From a virus (taxonomy: Duplodnaviria; Caudoviricetes), in IMG/VR virus record IMGVR_UViG_3300014205_000218, positions 5,880 to 69,879 of that record: a DNA stretch of 64,000 nucleotides. The stretch is one strand, 5' to 3'. Every line of letters starts with the position of its first letter. Position 1 is the stretch's first letter. Under the pieces are notes generated by a model, which did not search any database, had not been told where the DNA came from, and saw nothing but the letters and a program-made list of their open reading frames with translations. Shown piece after piece: positions 9,160 to 19,694 of the stretch. The translations under genes and the position numbers were made by a program.

Positions 9160-10041
9160 CTAAGCGGCCACACGCCCTTTCAAAAAATCGATTGTTTTGG
9201 TGATCTGCGCATCGTCCAGTTCTTCCCAGGACTGTGCGCCAGCCCGCGTGAAACACTTCTCTACAAAATCTGCATCCACCCTCACGGCTTCCAGGAGCCG
9301 CTGGACCTCAACTACCTGCTCCGGTGTCGCCAGCGTGATCTGCTTTACCGCGCCTTCGATGATTTCGCGGCCATACCGATCCGCGAACTTGTCATACGAC
9401 CAGTCGAAGGACTCGCCCTCCGGGAAGCCAAGGAGCCGGGATTTGCGTACGAATGCCTTTCTGGATTTGGCCTGCTTGATGATCCGAAGTGCGAGGTGCA
9501 GCTCGTATTCGAGCTTTTCCCAGCAATCGAACGTTGCCCCGATCTCCGTCCGTTCACCCTGGGCATTCTGACCCCACTCCGACTTCTCGTGAGCGATCAG
9601 AACAACATTCATGTCAACGCGATTGATCCATGAAACCAACTGACGCATGGCCTGAATTGCTGGCTTCTTATCAGCGCCGAATGCGTTTTTGTCGCCTAAT
9701 TTGTCGGCTTCAATTGCTACCGCCGTATTGAACAGTTTCGAGATACTGTCTACGACGACGGTCCTGTAATCGTGTCTCTCAGTGGCTAACCCCTTAAACT
9801 GGTCAATGACCACCGGGAATTCACACGCACCGTCCGACGGCCCCATGTATTTGCCGCCGGAGGCAATGAGTTTGTCCCGGTAATGATCGAGATCCGCTCC
9901 AGCCTCCGAATCGATGTAGTACACCCCAGGGAAATCCAACGACGCCCAAGTTTTTCCAACGCCGGACTTGCCGTAAATAAGCACCTTTGGTTTCGATGGC
10001 TCCGCGGCCTTTGGGTCTTTCGCTCGTAATTTACTTGCCAT
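9160..10041 (-). CDS. AAA ATPase, Sak4-like recombination protein
   Basis: LIYGKSGVGKT Walker A, IDSE, VVVDSIS Walker B, LIAHE. Confidence 0.8.
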   Translation of the reverse strand: MASKLRAKDPKAAEPSKPKVLIYGKSGVGKTWASLDFPGVYYIDSEAGADLDHYRDKLIASGGKYMGPSDGACEFPVVIDQFKGLATERHDYRTVVVDSISKLFNTAVAIEADKLGDKNAFGADKKPAIQAMRQLVSWINRVDMNVVLIAHEKSEWGQNAQGERTEIGATFDCWEKLEYELHLALRIIKQAKSRKAFVRKSRLLGFPEGESFDWSYDKFADRYGREIIEGAVKQITLATPEQVVEVQRLLEAVRVDADFVEKCFTRAGAQSWEELDDAQITKTIDFLKGRVAA

Positions 10042-10605
10042 TTATTTCTTCTCCCCTCAAAATTTGTTCTGACGATCCACTCTGCACCCATAAGCGGCTG
10101 CGTGTCTCCAGGTAGAACCAGCAACCGAAGAGAATCAAATCGCGCTTGCGAACAGGCTTCATGGCTGAGTTGGAAGTGAAGGAAAAACACCAACCCTTCC
10201 AACCATCCAGCAGTTCCGATGGAGCGCACCAGTAGAGGCTGAACTGAAAGATGTAGGTACTGGTCTCACCTGAAACTTCGGATAGGAGCACTTCACGCCA
10301 CCTCCAGCATCTGTTCATCGGCAAGCCGTTCCCGCGTCGCCACCGCGCAATCCGGACAATAAATTTCGTCCTGCACTTGCTCCTTACGCGCTTTGCAAAT
10401 CGGCATCTTGCACTCGCCACAGATGTCCGAGCACTCCTCGTGGAACATATCCCCGCATCCGCAAGCGCAGCAGCTCATCTCGGCGGCATCGCCAACGCAG
10501 GTGCATCCGGCGCATTCGGCAAGGTCAAGATCGGCCGGCATCACAGCCGGGACGCGTGAGTAATATTTGCTATACATGGGCTTCCTCCTGCACTGGTGCA
10601 TTTCG

Positions 10606-11217
10606 TTAATCGATGTACTTGATGTCGGCTTTAACAACTGCCGGATCGCGGACTACCGCTTCCAAGAACGAGGCCATCATCCCCGTACAGGCCGTGAATC
10701 CCTGCTTTGTGTACTTCAGGAACCGGCGCATCGAAGCCACGGCATAGGTGAGCTTATGGAGCACGAGCCTCTTGCGCGCCAAGTCCCACAGAGCGTACTC
10801 GCCAACTCCCAAACGATTGCCGTCCGTCACGAACTGGCAGATTGTGAAGTCGAAGGAATCCAGGATTGCCGCGGGGCTTTCGTAGAAAGCGATCCCGATG
10901 AATTGAATCCGGTACTCAATCTCTTCGATGGTCAAGGCGTAATCAGTGGCGTGCTCTGTCTTGCGTGCCACCTTGCCGCCAATACCTTCGATCTGAGAAG
11001 CCGACTTCGCCAACTGCTCCGAGTTCGCAAAGAACAGATCAATGTCGGACCCGCCGCAGCCTTGACCAAGCAATGCCCGTCGTATCGCACCGCCAGCGAT
11101 CCACGGACCCGTCTTCATGTCGAGAGCGAATGGTAGACCGGAGATAACCTCCATCAACTCGTTCGGACCATCTCCGTAGGACCGCTCGATAAACTTCGCT
11201 AGTTCGTATTCGTGCAT
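10606..11217 (-). CDS. Nucleotidyltransferase (CCA/poly(A)-polymerase head-like)
   Basis: WIAGGAIRR...SDIDLFF signature and ILDSFDFTICQ. Confidence 0.75.
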   Translation of the reverse strand: MHEYELAKFIERSYGDGPNELMEVISGLPFALDMKTGPWIAGGAIRRALLGQGCGGSDIDLFFANSEQLAKSASQIEGIGGKVARKTEHATDYALTIEEIEYRIQFIGIAFYESPAAILDSFDFTICQFVTDGNRLGVGEYALWDLARKRLVLHKLTYAVASMRRFLKYTKQGFTACTGMMASFLEAVVRDPAVVKADIKYID

Positions 11218-11973
11218 CGCTCTCTCCTAAAACGGGTTCACTTCATTGCCGATTGCTCTTGCCATCGGTTCGTACTTGATGGCTACTACAGGCTTGCGTA
11301 TCGGCTCCGCAGCCTCGAACTCCTCCACATCCCCGTGGTATCCGCAGTCCCGGCAGATGGCGTCCTCGCCTGCATCGTGGTAGCCCGTATCGGCGCAGCG
11401 ACCGAAGTCGAACGGGCGTACTGTGATGCATGAGCTAGCGCACTTCGGGCACACGGCTATTCGTCCCAGCTATCGCTGATCCACCAGAGGAACAACGCCA
11501 CAACGAGAACGCCAACTACCATTCCGGCTGCGAAAGAAAGCGACTTGTTTAACGGCCCTTGATAGATCGTCCAGGCGCTATAGGCGATCCAGGCCACAAC
11601 GTATGCGACCGACGGAAATATCGACCACGGATGTTCATCCATCCACTCGATGATTCCTTGATTGACCTCTCTGAATCGCTGCCTCACTTCGCACCACCTT
11701 TAGCCGCTTGCTCTTTCTCGTAATCGCGCCAGTTCTCGTACGTCGCAATGAAGTTGTCTGCCGCGCTCATCCACTCCGCATCCGTCTCACCGGGTTCCCA
11801 GCCCTGACGGTTCATCGCTTTCTTACCGCGCTTGAGGAGGCTTACGGCAGCATCGAGATCCTTGGCGCAGCGCACGATGGTTTCGCGCTCGATGGCGAGG
11901 ATCAGGTCAGCGGCGCCGCCTTCCGTTGGATCGTAGATCCATCTATTCCAGCGCTTTAACGCCTGCTCCCGTG

Positions 11974-12429
11974 TCACTCAGCACCTTCCTGTGTGGCGGT
12001 GGGAGGCGGCCTGTAAGCGCCACTTAACCTGTGGAATATTCCTGCTGCGTATCGCTTCCACCCAGCAGCATGGAAGAGCCACATCGCAGTAATTCCGGCC
12101 TCGATAATTAACTTGCTGCACTGGAGGCAGCTCGGACCCATCGATTCGACAAGATTGCCGTCAACCGTCTTGACGTGGAGCATTTCAGCGCCGCGCGTCT
12201 TGGGTCCCGGGATTCCAATAATCGCGGCTTGTTCAGCGTGAACCGCATCCCGGCTGCACATCGACTTGCACTCATTTGATCCATCGCAGAAGAATCCTCG
12301 TGGCTTGTGATTGAACCCGGTACTCACCAAATCATCACCGTTGAAGATCGCTACGCCACGCTTGCTTTGACACGGCGACAGTAACGATGCCTCAATCGCG
12401 AAATCGACAATATGTTGTGGCGGTTTCAT
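11974..12429 (-). CDS. Zn-dependent CMP/dCMP deaminase-family protein
   Basis: HAEQAAI and SCLQC zinc motifs; SPC...GVAI start; KLIIEAGI. Confidence 0.8.
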   Translation of the reverse strand: MKPPQHIVDFAIEASLLSPCQSKRGVAIFNGDDLVSTGFNHKPRGFFCDGSNECKSMCSRDAVHAEQAAIIGIPGPKTRGAEMLHVKTVDGNLVESMGPSCLQCSKLIIEAGITAMWLFHAAGWKRYAAGIFHRLSGAYRPPPTATQEGAE

Positions 12430-12582
12430 CTCGATACCTCCGCACCAACCCGAACACAATCAGGGCACCAGTCAACGATGCCGGGATAGACCACAGCGCA
12501 CGTAGGGCAGCGCCAAGTTGGAACCGTTACAGAATTTGCAACAGTTGGGCCTCCTGCTGCGGTGGAGAGGCTGAGGAGTGGG

Positions 12583-12984
12583 TTAGGCATTGGCAGCCTC
12601 CGGCAAATCGAATGTCCAGAAGCCGAGCGCTCCCTTGGCCACTATCGGAGTCGGCAACGGCAGTGGATTGCGAAGCACGAATCCGTACTCGCCCATGAAC
12701 CACGGAGAATCCGACTGGCGCACGCAATCTGCGATTTCGACCGTGCCGAGGATGTAACCAAGCGGGAACCGATCCTGCTTAAAACGATGTGAAGAAAACT
12801 TCGGTATCCATGACGCCATGAAGTCGCAGGCTGATTCCATTTCCTCTCTCGTCATTCGCGCACTGCTGTGTATGCCGACCCTGCCGCGGACACGCGTAGG
12901 CCAGTCACGGTTCTCGATATCTTTGCCGCCGTTGATAATGAGCGATGCCCATGGCTGGCGAACAGATAGGACTGGAATCTTCAC
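12583..12984 (-). CDS. ASCH-domain protein
   Basis: LSVRQPWASLIINGGKDIENRDWPT...RGRVGIHSS...KGALGFW. Confidence 0.9.
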   Translation of the reverse strand: MKIPVLSVRQPWASLIINGGKDIENRDWPTRVRGRVGIHSSARMTREEMESACDFMASWIPKFSSHRFKQDRFPLGYILGTVEIADCVRQSDSPWFMGEYGFVLRNPLPLPTPIVAKGALGFWTFDLPEAANA

Positions 12985-13946
12985 TCCCCACCTCCAACCC
13001 GCTCCTGCATGGCGGCGTCGATGGCTTGCCTAGCGTCAAGTCCGACACTCAGGCATCTCCCGGCCACGTCTAAGACCTCGTAGCAATGTTTTCCAACGCC
13101 ATCCTTATCGGGGAACAGATGAAGCCTGTTTTGGAACACCCAATCCAGCCGCTCCGTATCCTTCTGCGCTTCGGCCAACTGCGCCGTGAGGGAGTCGATC
13201 TCGGCCTGCATGCGATCGTCGCTGAACTGCTTCATGTTTATTAGGCCCGCGAAGTGGTTCTTGTGAATCCGTATCTCCCGGTTGGCGTCGTCCAGTTCCG
13301 CCTCCAAGTCGCGGATACGGCGCTCATCCCGAACGCATCGCTCACACATTGGACTGCTCCTTTGTGGCGGCGTCGCGAATTGCATCACGTAGCAACTTCA
13401 TCGCGTTCTTCTGGTTGTACCGGCACGCCTCGGGGTGTCTTGGCAGTTTGCCGTCGAAGCCAGCAAGGATAAACGCAGTGGACTTCAGTGCGTTTCGCGC
13501 CTCGGCCAACTCCTCCCTTACCTGGCGGAGTTCGGCGATGAGGGCCGGGATGTCCTCCCAGCAATGCGCGATGAACTCGGCATCAATGCGGTCCATGCAG
13601 TAAGCTACTGGCGCATGATAATCGGGGACTACAGCGACATGACCATTGATCGTCAGATCGCATTGGAGGATTGGCACCAAGACCTTGCACGGTCCCTGCG
13701 TGATCTGATTCACCCGCGCTTCAATCGCATCCAGGTCCAACGGCTTGCGATCAGACATTGCCCACCTCCCCATCCGGGTCAACACCGTTCTCGAATTGAC
13801 TACGGCAATGTGGTGTGCACTCGCGTTCCTCGCCGCACCACGGACAGCAAGGCTGGCGACAATTCCCATCCTGGTCAAACCACTTGGAGACCCAGCCGGA
13901 GAACGTCGGCTCATCCACTCGCTCCGGCTTGGCGGAGAGGTCGGGG

Positions 13947-14720
13947 TTAGTCATGAGACACCGCCTCGAAGTTCGCGGTCACCGAGCCACGGTCGCAGTT
14001 GCCATGGAATACATTCGGCTCTGAGCGAAACCATCGCGGTCCTTGCCCGTGCCAGCTATATGTTGTTGGGGCGTATCCCCAGGAGAAGCGCCGGCCACAT
14101 TTACAGCACCGCGAAAACGCCCATCGTTTGAATGTTTGAATCGGATGAACCTGGATACGCCAGTGCCATACGTGCCATCGCGGATGCTGCCATCGCGGAC
14201 GAAGTTCTTGAAGAATTCTCCTGCCGCATGCGAAGAACAGCGCGTTCGCATGGTCACGACGTGCGTCCTGATTGTCTCCCTTCCGATTGCTATGCCAGCC
14301 GGGAAGGAACGCTAACAGCGAACGGTATCCGTCATCATTGCAATGCGCGGCCTCGCACGCCCATCGAGTAACCTGATCCGTCGTGACTTTGACCCGCAGT
14401 GCATACGCAGTGCGAAAGAATGCAGCCCGCAATAGAGATTCGGCATCAGCAGGATTGTCGAGCGTCTTTCCAAGATGACGCTGGAAGACGGGGCTGTACG
14501 ATTCAGACCAACCAAGATTCTTTAGCCGCTCAGTTTGCTTTTTTGTGAACCGAGGGAACGCCCAGCCGCATGAATCGTCCGAGCCGTCCGCCTCCGGGTC
14601 TACGTGCCAGATCGTGATGAAGGGCTCCCGGTGACGCATAGTTGAGCCATCCTTGAACGTGGTCACATGCCTGACAACAGGAAACGGGATCTTAAACGCT
14701 ACTGTCTGCGGATCATGCAT
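13947..14720 (-). CDS. Hypothetical protein (Trp/Arg-rich)
   Basis: Long ORF in the operon; ATG adjacent to the upstream stop. Confidence 0.55.
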   Translation of the reverse strand: MHDPQTVAFKIPFPVVRHVTTFKDGSTMRHREPFITIWHVDPEADGSDDSCGWAFPRFTKKQTERLKNLGWSESYSPVFQRHLGKTLDNPADAESLLRAAFFRTAYALRVKVTTDQVTRWACEAAHCNDDGYRSLLAFLPGWHSNRKGDNQDARRDHANALFFACGRRILQELRPRWQHPRWHVWHWRIQVHPIQTFKRWAFSRCCKCGRRFSWGYAPTTYSWHGQGPRWFRSEPNVFHGNCDRGSVTANFEAVSHD

Positions 14721-14965
14721 TACGCCAGCCCCTTCTTCACTTGTTCGTTGAATTCGTCTAGCTCGGCTTGGATGCCCTCCATCAGCGACATATCCGCTTC
14801 GGTCTCCTCTGTTCCGGGGTCGAAACTTCTCATCAACGATCCGAGGAAGCCTTGCGCCCCTGCGTAGAATGCACGTCGGCATTCGATGATTTGGATAGCC
14901 GGCGTGCCGCCCGGAAGCACGGCATCCCGATACGAAAGCCATGATTGCTGTATGAGCCTACTCAC
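14720..14965 (-). CDS. Small phage hypothetical protein (ECRRAFYAGA)
   Basis: GTG start overlapping the upstream gene end; motif typical of phage small proteins. Confidence 0.55.
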   Translation of the reverse strand: MSRLIQQSWLSYRDAVLPGGTPAIQIIECRRAFYAGAQGFLGSLMRSFDPGTEETEADMSLMEGIQAELDEFNEQVKKGLA

Positions 14966-15413
14966 GATCCCCTCCAATCCGCCGCAGGCCCACGCAGACC
15001 GCAATCCCGGCCAAGAACATGGCGCACGTCGAAGGTTCCGGCGTTTCGGTAATTGGTTCCGGGGCCGTCCACGTAGGCGCGGGCGTCGTCGGCCATACCT
15101 TGAGCCAAGGCTTCGGATCTTGCGCCGTGAACCACAGCGCCGGGTCCATGCCGTTCTCCGTGGGGCGCTCATCTACCTCATGCTGCGTGCCGCCCGAGGC
15201 CCATATCGCCTCCGAATCCCACGGTGATGTGTACTCGCACGCTGGTGAGCCATCAGGAGCCACAGTGCAGCGACCGGTCAGCGTATACCAGGAGCCGGCA
15301 TGACCGCCCATGAAGCCTCCGGTACGTGTTGGATCTGCATTGCCGGGTAGCGTGGGAAGCGTCGAAGCGAAGCTGCTAACTGCCAGCGTTGCTGTGAGGA
15401 GGAGGCGGGTCAT
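14958..15413 (-). CDS. Secreted protein with PEP-CTERM sorting signal
   Basis: Signal peptide MTRLLLTATLAVSSFAS; C-terminus TPEPST-CAMFLAGIAVCVGL-RR. Confidence 0.8.
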   Translation of the reverse strand: MTRLLLTATLAVSSFASTLPTLPGNADPTRTGGFMGGHAGSWYTLTGRCTVAPDGSPACEYTSPWDSEAIWASGGTQHEVDERPTENGMDPALWFTAQDPKPWLKVWPTTPAPTWTAPEPITETPEPSTCAMFLAGIAVCVGLRRIGGDRE

Positions 15414-16452
15414 TACCTAATCCCCATCTCAATCCCGGCAGACAGAAGGAGCATGAACGCCACTGTGATACGCAACGTGATTAGCAACTGGCGATCCCGT
15501 TCAGTGGAGCCTGAAAGAATCAGCAGGTACAGGATTACCGCGCCGATAAGGCCGAGAATCAAATGCGCAATCGTTATCACCGGACACCTCCAGCCATCAA
15601 CAGATCCGAGCAAGCCTCCGGCGCTCTCTCACACGCGGTAGGCAGGTAAATCAGGACTGCGATCCACACGAGCAGGACCGCGGCATAGAGCAGTAGGCGC
15701 TTCATGATTACTTGGCCTCCGTGAATGCGCGCTTGATCCGCCGGCGTTCACTCGGGATCGCAACGATCTGCCGGAAGATTCCCTTCACCTTGACCTTGGT
15801 AAACCTGGGGCCATTCGGCGGGCGACCGCTCCTGGCCTCGAACGCGCGGTACAGAGCCTTCACGCGACTGCCTCTCATGCCGCCTTCCTCATCGCTGCGG
15901 CACCGCCGGGAGGCAACAGGTTCTCGCGCTTTGCGATCGCATAGCCTTCAAGCCGAGCCTTACGAACTCGCGCATCGTATTCGACGTGTAGTGTGTGTAG
16001 GATTAGCGACCGCGGGACACCATGATTCGCAGCTTCCCGTTCCGGCGTAGAGATACGCTTCTCAACAATCCGCGTGAAAACGCTTTCGCGCTCCGTTGGC
16101 CGCAGCATAACTGTGACCTTCGCCGTATCCGTAACATTCCGCTGCTCAATTGTTTGCAGGTTAGGGGCTACCAATCTGCGGGGTTTTGTTTTACTCTCCG
16201 ATATGTGCATTTACTATCCCTCTCCCAAGGTTTTTGTTAATGTTTTGTGATTCGCGCAAGTACAGCGTTGTGCCGCTGTACGGCCGCGCTGACGTTCTCA
16301 ACGTGTTTTGCTTCCTGGTCCGCCAGGTGCGCCCTTCCGTCCTCTCGCAGCGCCGGAACTACATAGTCCCGAGCGAAGGCTGAATGAGCCGAGCAAGCCT
16401 CCGACACTTCCGCGAACGTTGCAATCAGTGCTTTCGTGAGTCGCGGCATGGT

Positions 16453-16635
16453 TTACTTGGATGCCCTGGATGCTTTGCGCTCCAAATGATCCGCAAGGGC
16501 ATCTGCCACAAACTGCTTTAGGGATGCCCCCTCTAAGGCGGCCTCGGATTTGCAGCGGCGCAAAAGCTCCGAGGGTAAATACAGGACGGATCTCTTCTCT
16601 TCGCCCTGTGTTACCGTTTGTAAGGTTTGTGCCAT
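16453..16635 (-). CDS. Arc/CopG ribbon-helix-helix regulator (Cro-position gene)
   Basis: KRSVLYLPSELLRRCKSEAALEGASLKQFVADAL; first gene of the leftward operon. Confidence 0.75.
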   Translation of the reverse strand: MAQTLQTVTQGEEKRSVLYLPSELLRRCKSEAALEGASLKQFVADALADHLERKASRASK

Positions 16636-16648
16636 AAGGTACAAAAGC

Positions 16649-16677
16649 ATCATGACGCAATTTTTCAATGGCGTCAA
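16649..16677 (-). promoter_or_regulatory. Leftward sigma70-type promoter with internal inverted repeat
   Basis: TTGACG-17 bp-CATGAT on the minus strand; TGACGC/GCGTCA inverted repeat overlaps it. Confidence 0.55.
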
Positions 16678-16699
16678 TGGGTAATTGAGGCTTTGAGCC

Positions 16700-17290
16700 A
16701 TGAGAAAAATTTATAGGAGCATAAAGGTGCCTTCTACAGACAAGCCGCGGAAGATATCGCTAAGGTTCACTGATGAAGAGTTCTGGGCGCTTGACGATAA
16801 GCGCCAAAAGGGGCGCACAAGTTTTCAGGCGGTCGGAGAGAGATTATTCCTATCTCAGTGGCTACAACAAACAGGTGAGACTATATCCAATAGTCCCGGT
16901 ACACCTACTCCCGGCTCCCCGCAAAAGAGTACCGAACCCCACCTTTCAAAAGACACCGTTACCGAATATGATGGTGAAACATTAAATTCGGAGCCGCTAA
17001 TGAAGTTGATTGAGCATGTGCAGGAATTGCCGGAAGCCGTGAAATCCCCGGTGATTGCAAGCCTGGACAACTTGGTCGCGTCGTTCGCGGGTATCTATAT
17101 GCAAGGGGTCCGCGTTGAACCAGAACAACTTGGTGGTGCTACCGAAGAGACAAGAGCCAAAGCAGACATGGAACGATCCATCCAAGATATTAGGACTGCT
17201 AGTGAAGCTCTCGGAAGACCAGACCAACCTACTGCACCTGCTAGAAAAGGTGCTAGAAGCAGACCGCCAGGTAAGACCGCAGGAGAATGA
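16700..17290 (+). CDS. Putative phage repressor with N-terminal RHH-like domain
   Basis: KPRKISLRFTDEEFWALDD...SFQAVGERL; divergent from the lytic early operon. Confidence 0.6.
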   Translation: MRKIYRSIKVPSTDKPRKISLRFTDEEFWALDDKRQKGRTSFQAVGERLFLSQWLQQTGETISNSPGTPTPGSPQKSTEPHLSKDTVTEYDGETLNSEPLMKLIEHVQELPEAVKSPVIASLDNLVASFAGIYMQGVRVEPEQLGGATEETRAKADMERSIQDIRTASEALGRPDQPTAPARKGARSRPPGKTAGE

Positions 17291-17296
17291 GGACAG

Positions 17297-17743
17297 ATGA
17301 AGAGATTGATAGTGATCGGATTACTCGCGGCCTCAGCCTTTGCCGCTGACCGGCTCGCCGACGTGCGAACCATATACATCGACAGCTTCGGTCGTAGTGA
17401 CGGCGCCGAAATGATCCGCCAGAAATTCATTAACCGACTGGCGGCCTCGGATAAGATTTCCATCACGGAAGACCGTGAATCCGCCGATGCGATATTACTC
17501 GGGGTAGGGCAGGTTACTGCGATGGAATCATACTCGGCAGTGGCGACAACGAACAATGCGACAGCCGGCGGTGGAACAATATTCGATGCAACGCTCGTAG
17601 TGCGCCTGGTGGGCCGGGATAAGAAGATTCTGTGGGTATCGGAAGCGAAGCCGGGAAGGTTTATGGCGAGGAGCGTAAGTTCCTCGGTGGCAAACAAAGT
17701 CTCGAAGGATTTCTTGAAGGCAATTAAGAAAGCCGGGAACTAA
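17297..17743 (+). CDS. Secreted/periplasmic protein co-transcribed with the repressor
   Basis: Signal peptide MKRLIVIGLLAASAFA; follows the repressor by 6 bp. Confidence 0.7.
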   Translation: MKRLIVIGLLAASAFAADRLADVRTIYIDSFGRSDGAEMIRQKFINRLAASDKISITEDRESADAILLGVGQVTAMESYSAVATTNNATAGGGTIFDATLVVRLVGRDKKILWVSEAKPGRFMARSVSSSVANKVSKDFLKAIKKAGN

Positions 17744-17752
17744 AACCCGGCT
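17731..17752. terminator. Hairpin between convergent transcription units
   Basis: AGCCGGG/CCCGGCT stem at the stop codon of 17297-17743. Confidence 0.4.
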
Positions 17753-18523
17753 ACCAGATTTCTGATTTTCAGATTCGATTCCCAGCCAATGGTTTTCTGC
17801 CTGCGTTTATGGGCGATTTTTAGAAAATCACATACCCGCCATAGAAGACCACGGCCATGACTGCGGCAGCCGCGACATGCGGCATGTGCGCCTGGAGCCA
17901 GCTCGGCGGGCCGACAAGGTACCCGCGCCACCGGGCCAGATCCTCGAACGCCACACCCTCTGTACCCTCCCAGACACGCCAGTACAGCCTCTCATCGTGC
18001 CCCTGGCGCCCGAGCCTGTCTGCCTCTTCAGAAGCCCACTCAGCGGCCAAGTATTGGCCATTATCGCAACGAACAATCTGATGCGCGATGATCCGCATGT
18101 GATCGGTGTAAACAACCCCATAAAACACTGGTGATAGATTTGGTGTATCCACTGCTGCCGCCCTCCTGCGGTAGTTGTTGGTATGGCCGGTTCGGTGCTC
18201 TAACACCGGATCGGCCTGGTTAAAAGGTTACTTATGTGTCTCTTGCCACTTGGGTAAACTGCGAAGGATTCTATAGACTCTGGTCAGCGGCATGCCGGTT
18301 GCTTTATTAATTTCTGGTCCGTCGGCATGAAGAACCCTTCGTAATCTAGCAACCCGCTTGCGCTCTGTGTCCGTGATTGGATTCGGTAGTTGCGGGGTGT
18401 TGAAAGGTGGGATTTCCAAGGCCGCACGCTTGATCCAGCCTCGTCTTCACTTCATCGTTCAGTTCGCCGGTGCATTCGTAGGTTTTCATCGTCTTCTCTC
18501 CTCTGTGTCCTGATCGGCCTGTG

Positions 18524-19087
18524 TTATTTTAGCGGCGCGGCGTCTCGCTCTTTCCTTAGAAGCCAGCGCATGCGCCCAACCGCGCCTATCGAAATGCCAA
18601 GTTTTGAAGCCACATGGAACCTGGGTAGATCACTGCACAGCAAGTCGGCCACAGATTCCTCACGCCACCAAAAAGCTTCTCGTATCCTACGACCGAGCAG
18701 TTTTGAGCGAACAACACTCACGGTGCTCTCATCTACGCCATGGATGGCGCTGAAACGCACGTTCGACATGGTCATCAGGTCCTCGATACGATCCCAGTAC
18801 CATTCCGCATTGTCGGTGTAATAATCGAGGCCGAGAATACTCCGAACACGCTTAATTGAAGTCCTGCCAATCGGTAAATCGTAAATACTGCCATCCCTAC
18901 AGAGCTTTTTACTCTCCCAGTACTTGAGAAGATCCTGCGTCGGAATCAGCCCTTTTGCGCCCTGGCCATATCCGCGCGCGTCCGATGGCCAGCCAAAATG
19001 AAGGTCAAACCCGTGTTTAGTTGGCCGCGATTCGGCTACATCCCAAAGGCGACCATCGACGTCCTTTACCTGGATCTTGCGAGTCAT
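18524..19087 (-). CDS. Hypothetical DNA-binding protein with HTH-like repeats
   Basis: LPIGRTSIKRVRSILG and ASKLGISIGAVGRMRW segments. Confidence 0.55.
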   Translation of the reverse strand: MTRKIQVKDVDGRLWDVAESRPTKHGFDLHFGWPSDARGYGQGAKGLIPTQDLLKYWESKKLCRDGSIYDLPIGRTSIKRVRSILGLDYYTDNAEWYWDRIEDLMTMSNVRFSAIHGVDESTVSVVRSKLLGRRIREAFWWREESVADLLCSDLPRFHVASKLGISIGAVGRMRWLLRKERDAAPLK

Positions 19088-19326
19088 CGCTCACCGGCTA
19101 TTAGTTGCTCCCTCTTTCGGGCCATCTCAGGTTCCAATTACGATACGCGTCGTGCAGCGCTTGATTAGCCTCGGCGGCTGTCGCTCCCGAGACCTCGATA
19201 TCACATCCGTTCTCGTCGTACCAGCGGAACGCGTCCGCGTCCTGGCGCAATTCGAGGTTTAAGTCGTTTCCATCTTCGGTGGTTATTACTGCCGCGGTGC
19301 TGTTCATGTGTTCCATGTGTCTTCTC

Positions 19327-19566
19327 CTATGCGATCGCGTTCGAGACGAGGCCGTGAAGCGCGAGAAACGAAATATCCTCAGCGTGCCAAGAACCCGCAA
19401 CCTGGTGAACATAGCCATTGGCCTTCTTCCCTTTCAGGTAGATCCGCTCGATGGTCTGGCCGGGCTTCACTTCTTTCTTCCAGGCTACGGCCTTCGCTTC
19501 ATCGGAGCGGTATCCGCCAGCTACCAGCGCTTCGTTGATTTTGGCTACCATGTCGTTGATTTCCAT
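19327..19566 (-). CDS. Hypothetical protein, first gene of the second leftward operon
   Basis: Downstream of a TTGCAA-17-TATGAT promoter. Confidence 0.55.
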   Translation of the reverse strand: MEINDMVAKINEALVAGGYRSDEAKAVAWKKEVKPGQTIERIYLKGKKANGYVHQVAGSWHAEDISFLALHGLVSNAIA

Positions 19567-19607
19567 CGCCTTTATCTCCCGTCTCTCAATCTCTCGCTTA
19601 CAAACCA

Positions 19608-19694
19608 ATCATACCACCTAGCTATACAGGTTGCAAGGGGAAAATACACGAATCAAAAAGAAAAATTGCAGTGACGTAGAACCTGTATTACTAT
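19608..19694. promoter_or_regulatory. Divergent promoter pair with symmetric 9-bp operator
   Basis: Minus: TTGCAA(19631-36)-17-TATGAT. Plus: TTGCAG(19666-71)-17-TACTAT. AACCTGTAT occurs in both (19624-32 and 19680-88). Confidence 0.6.
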
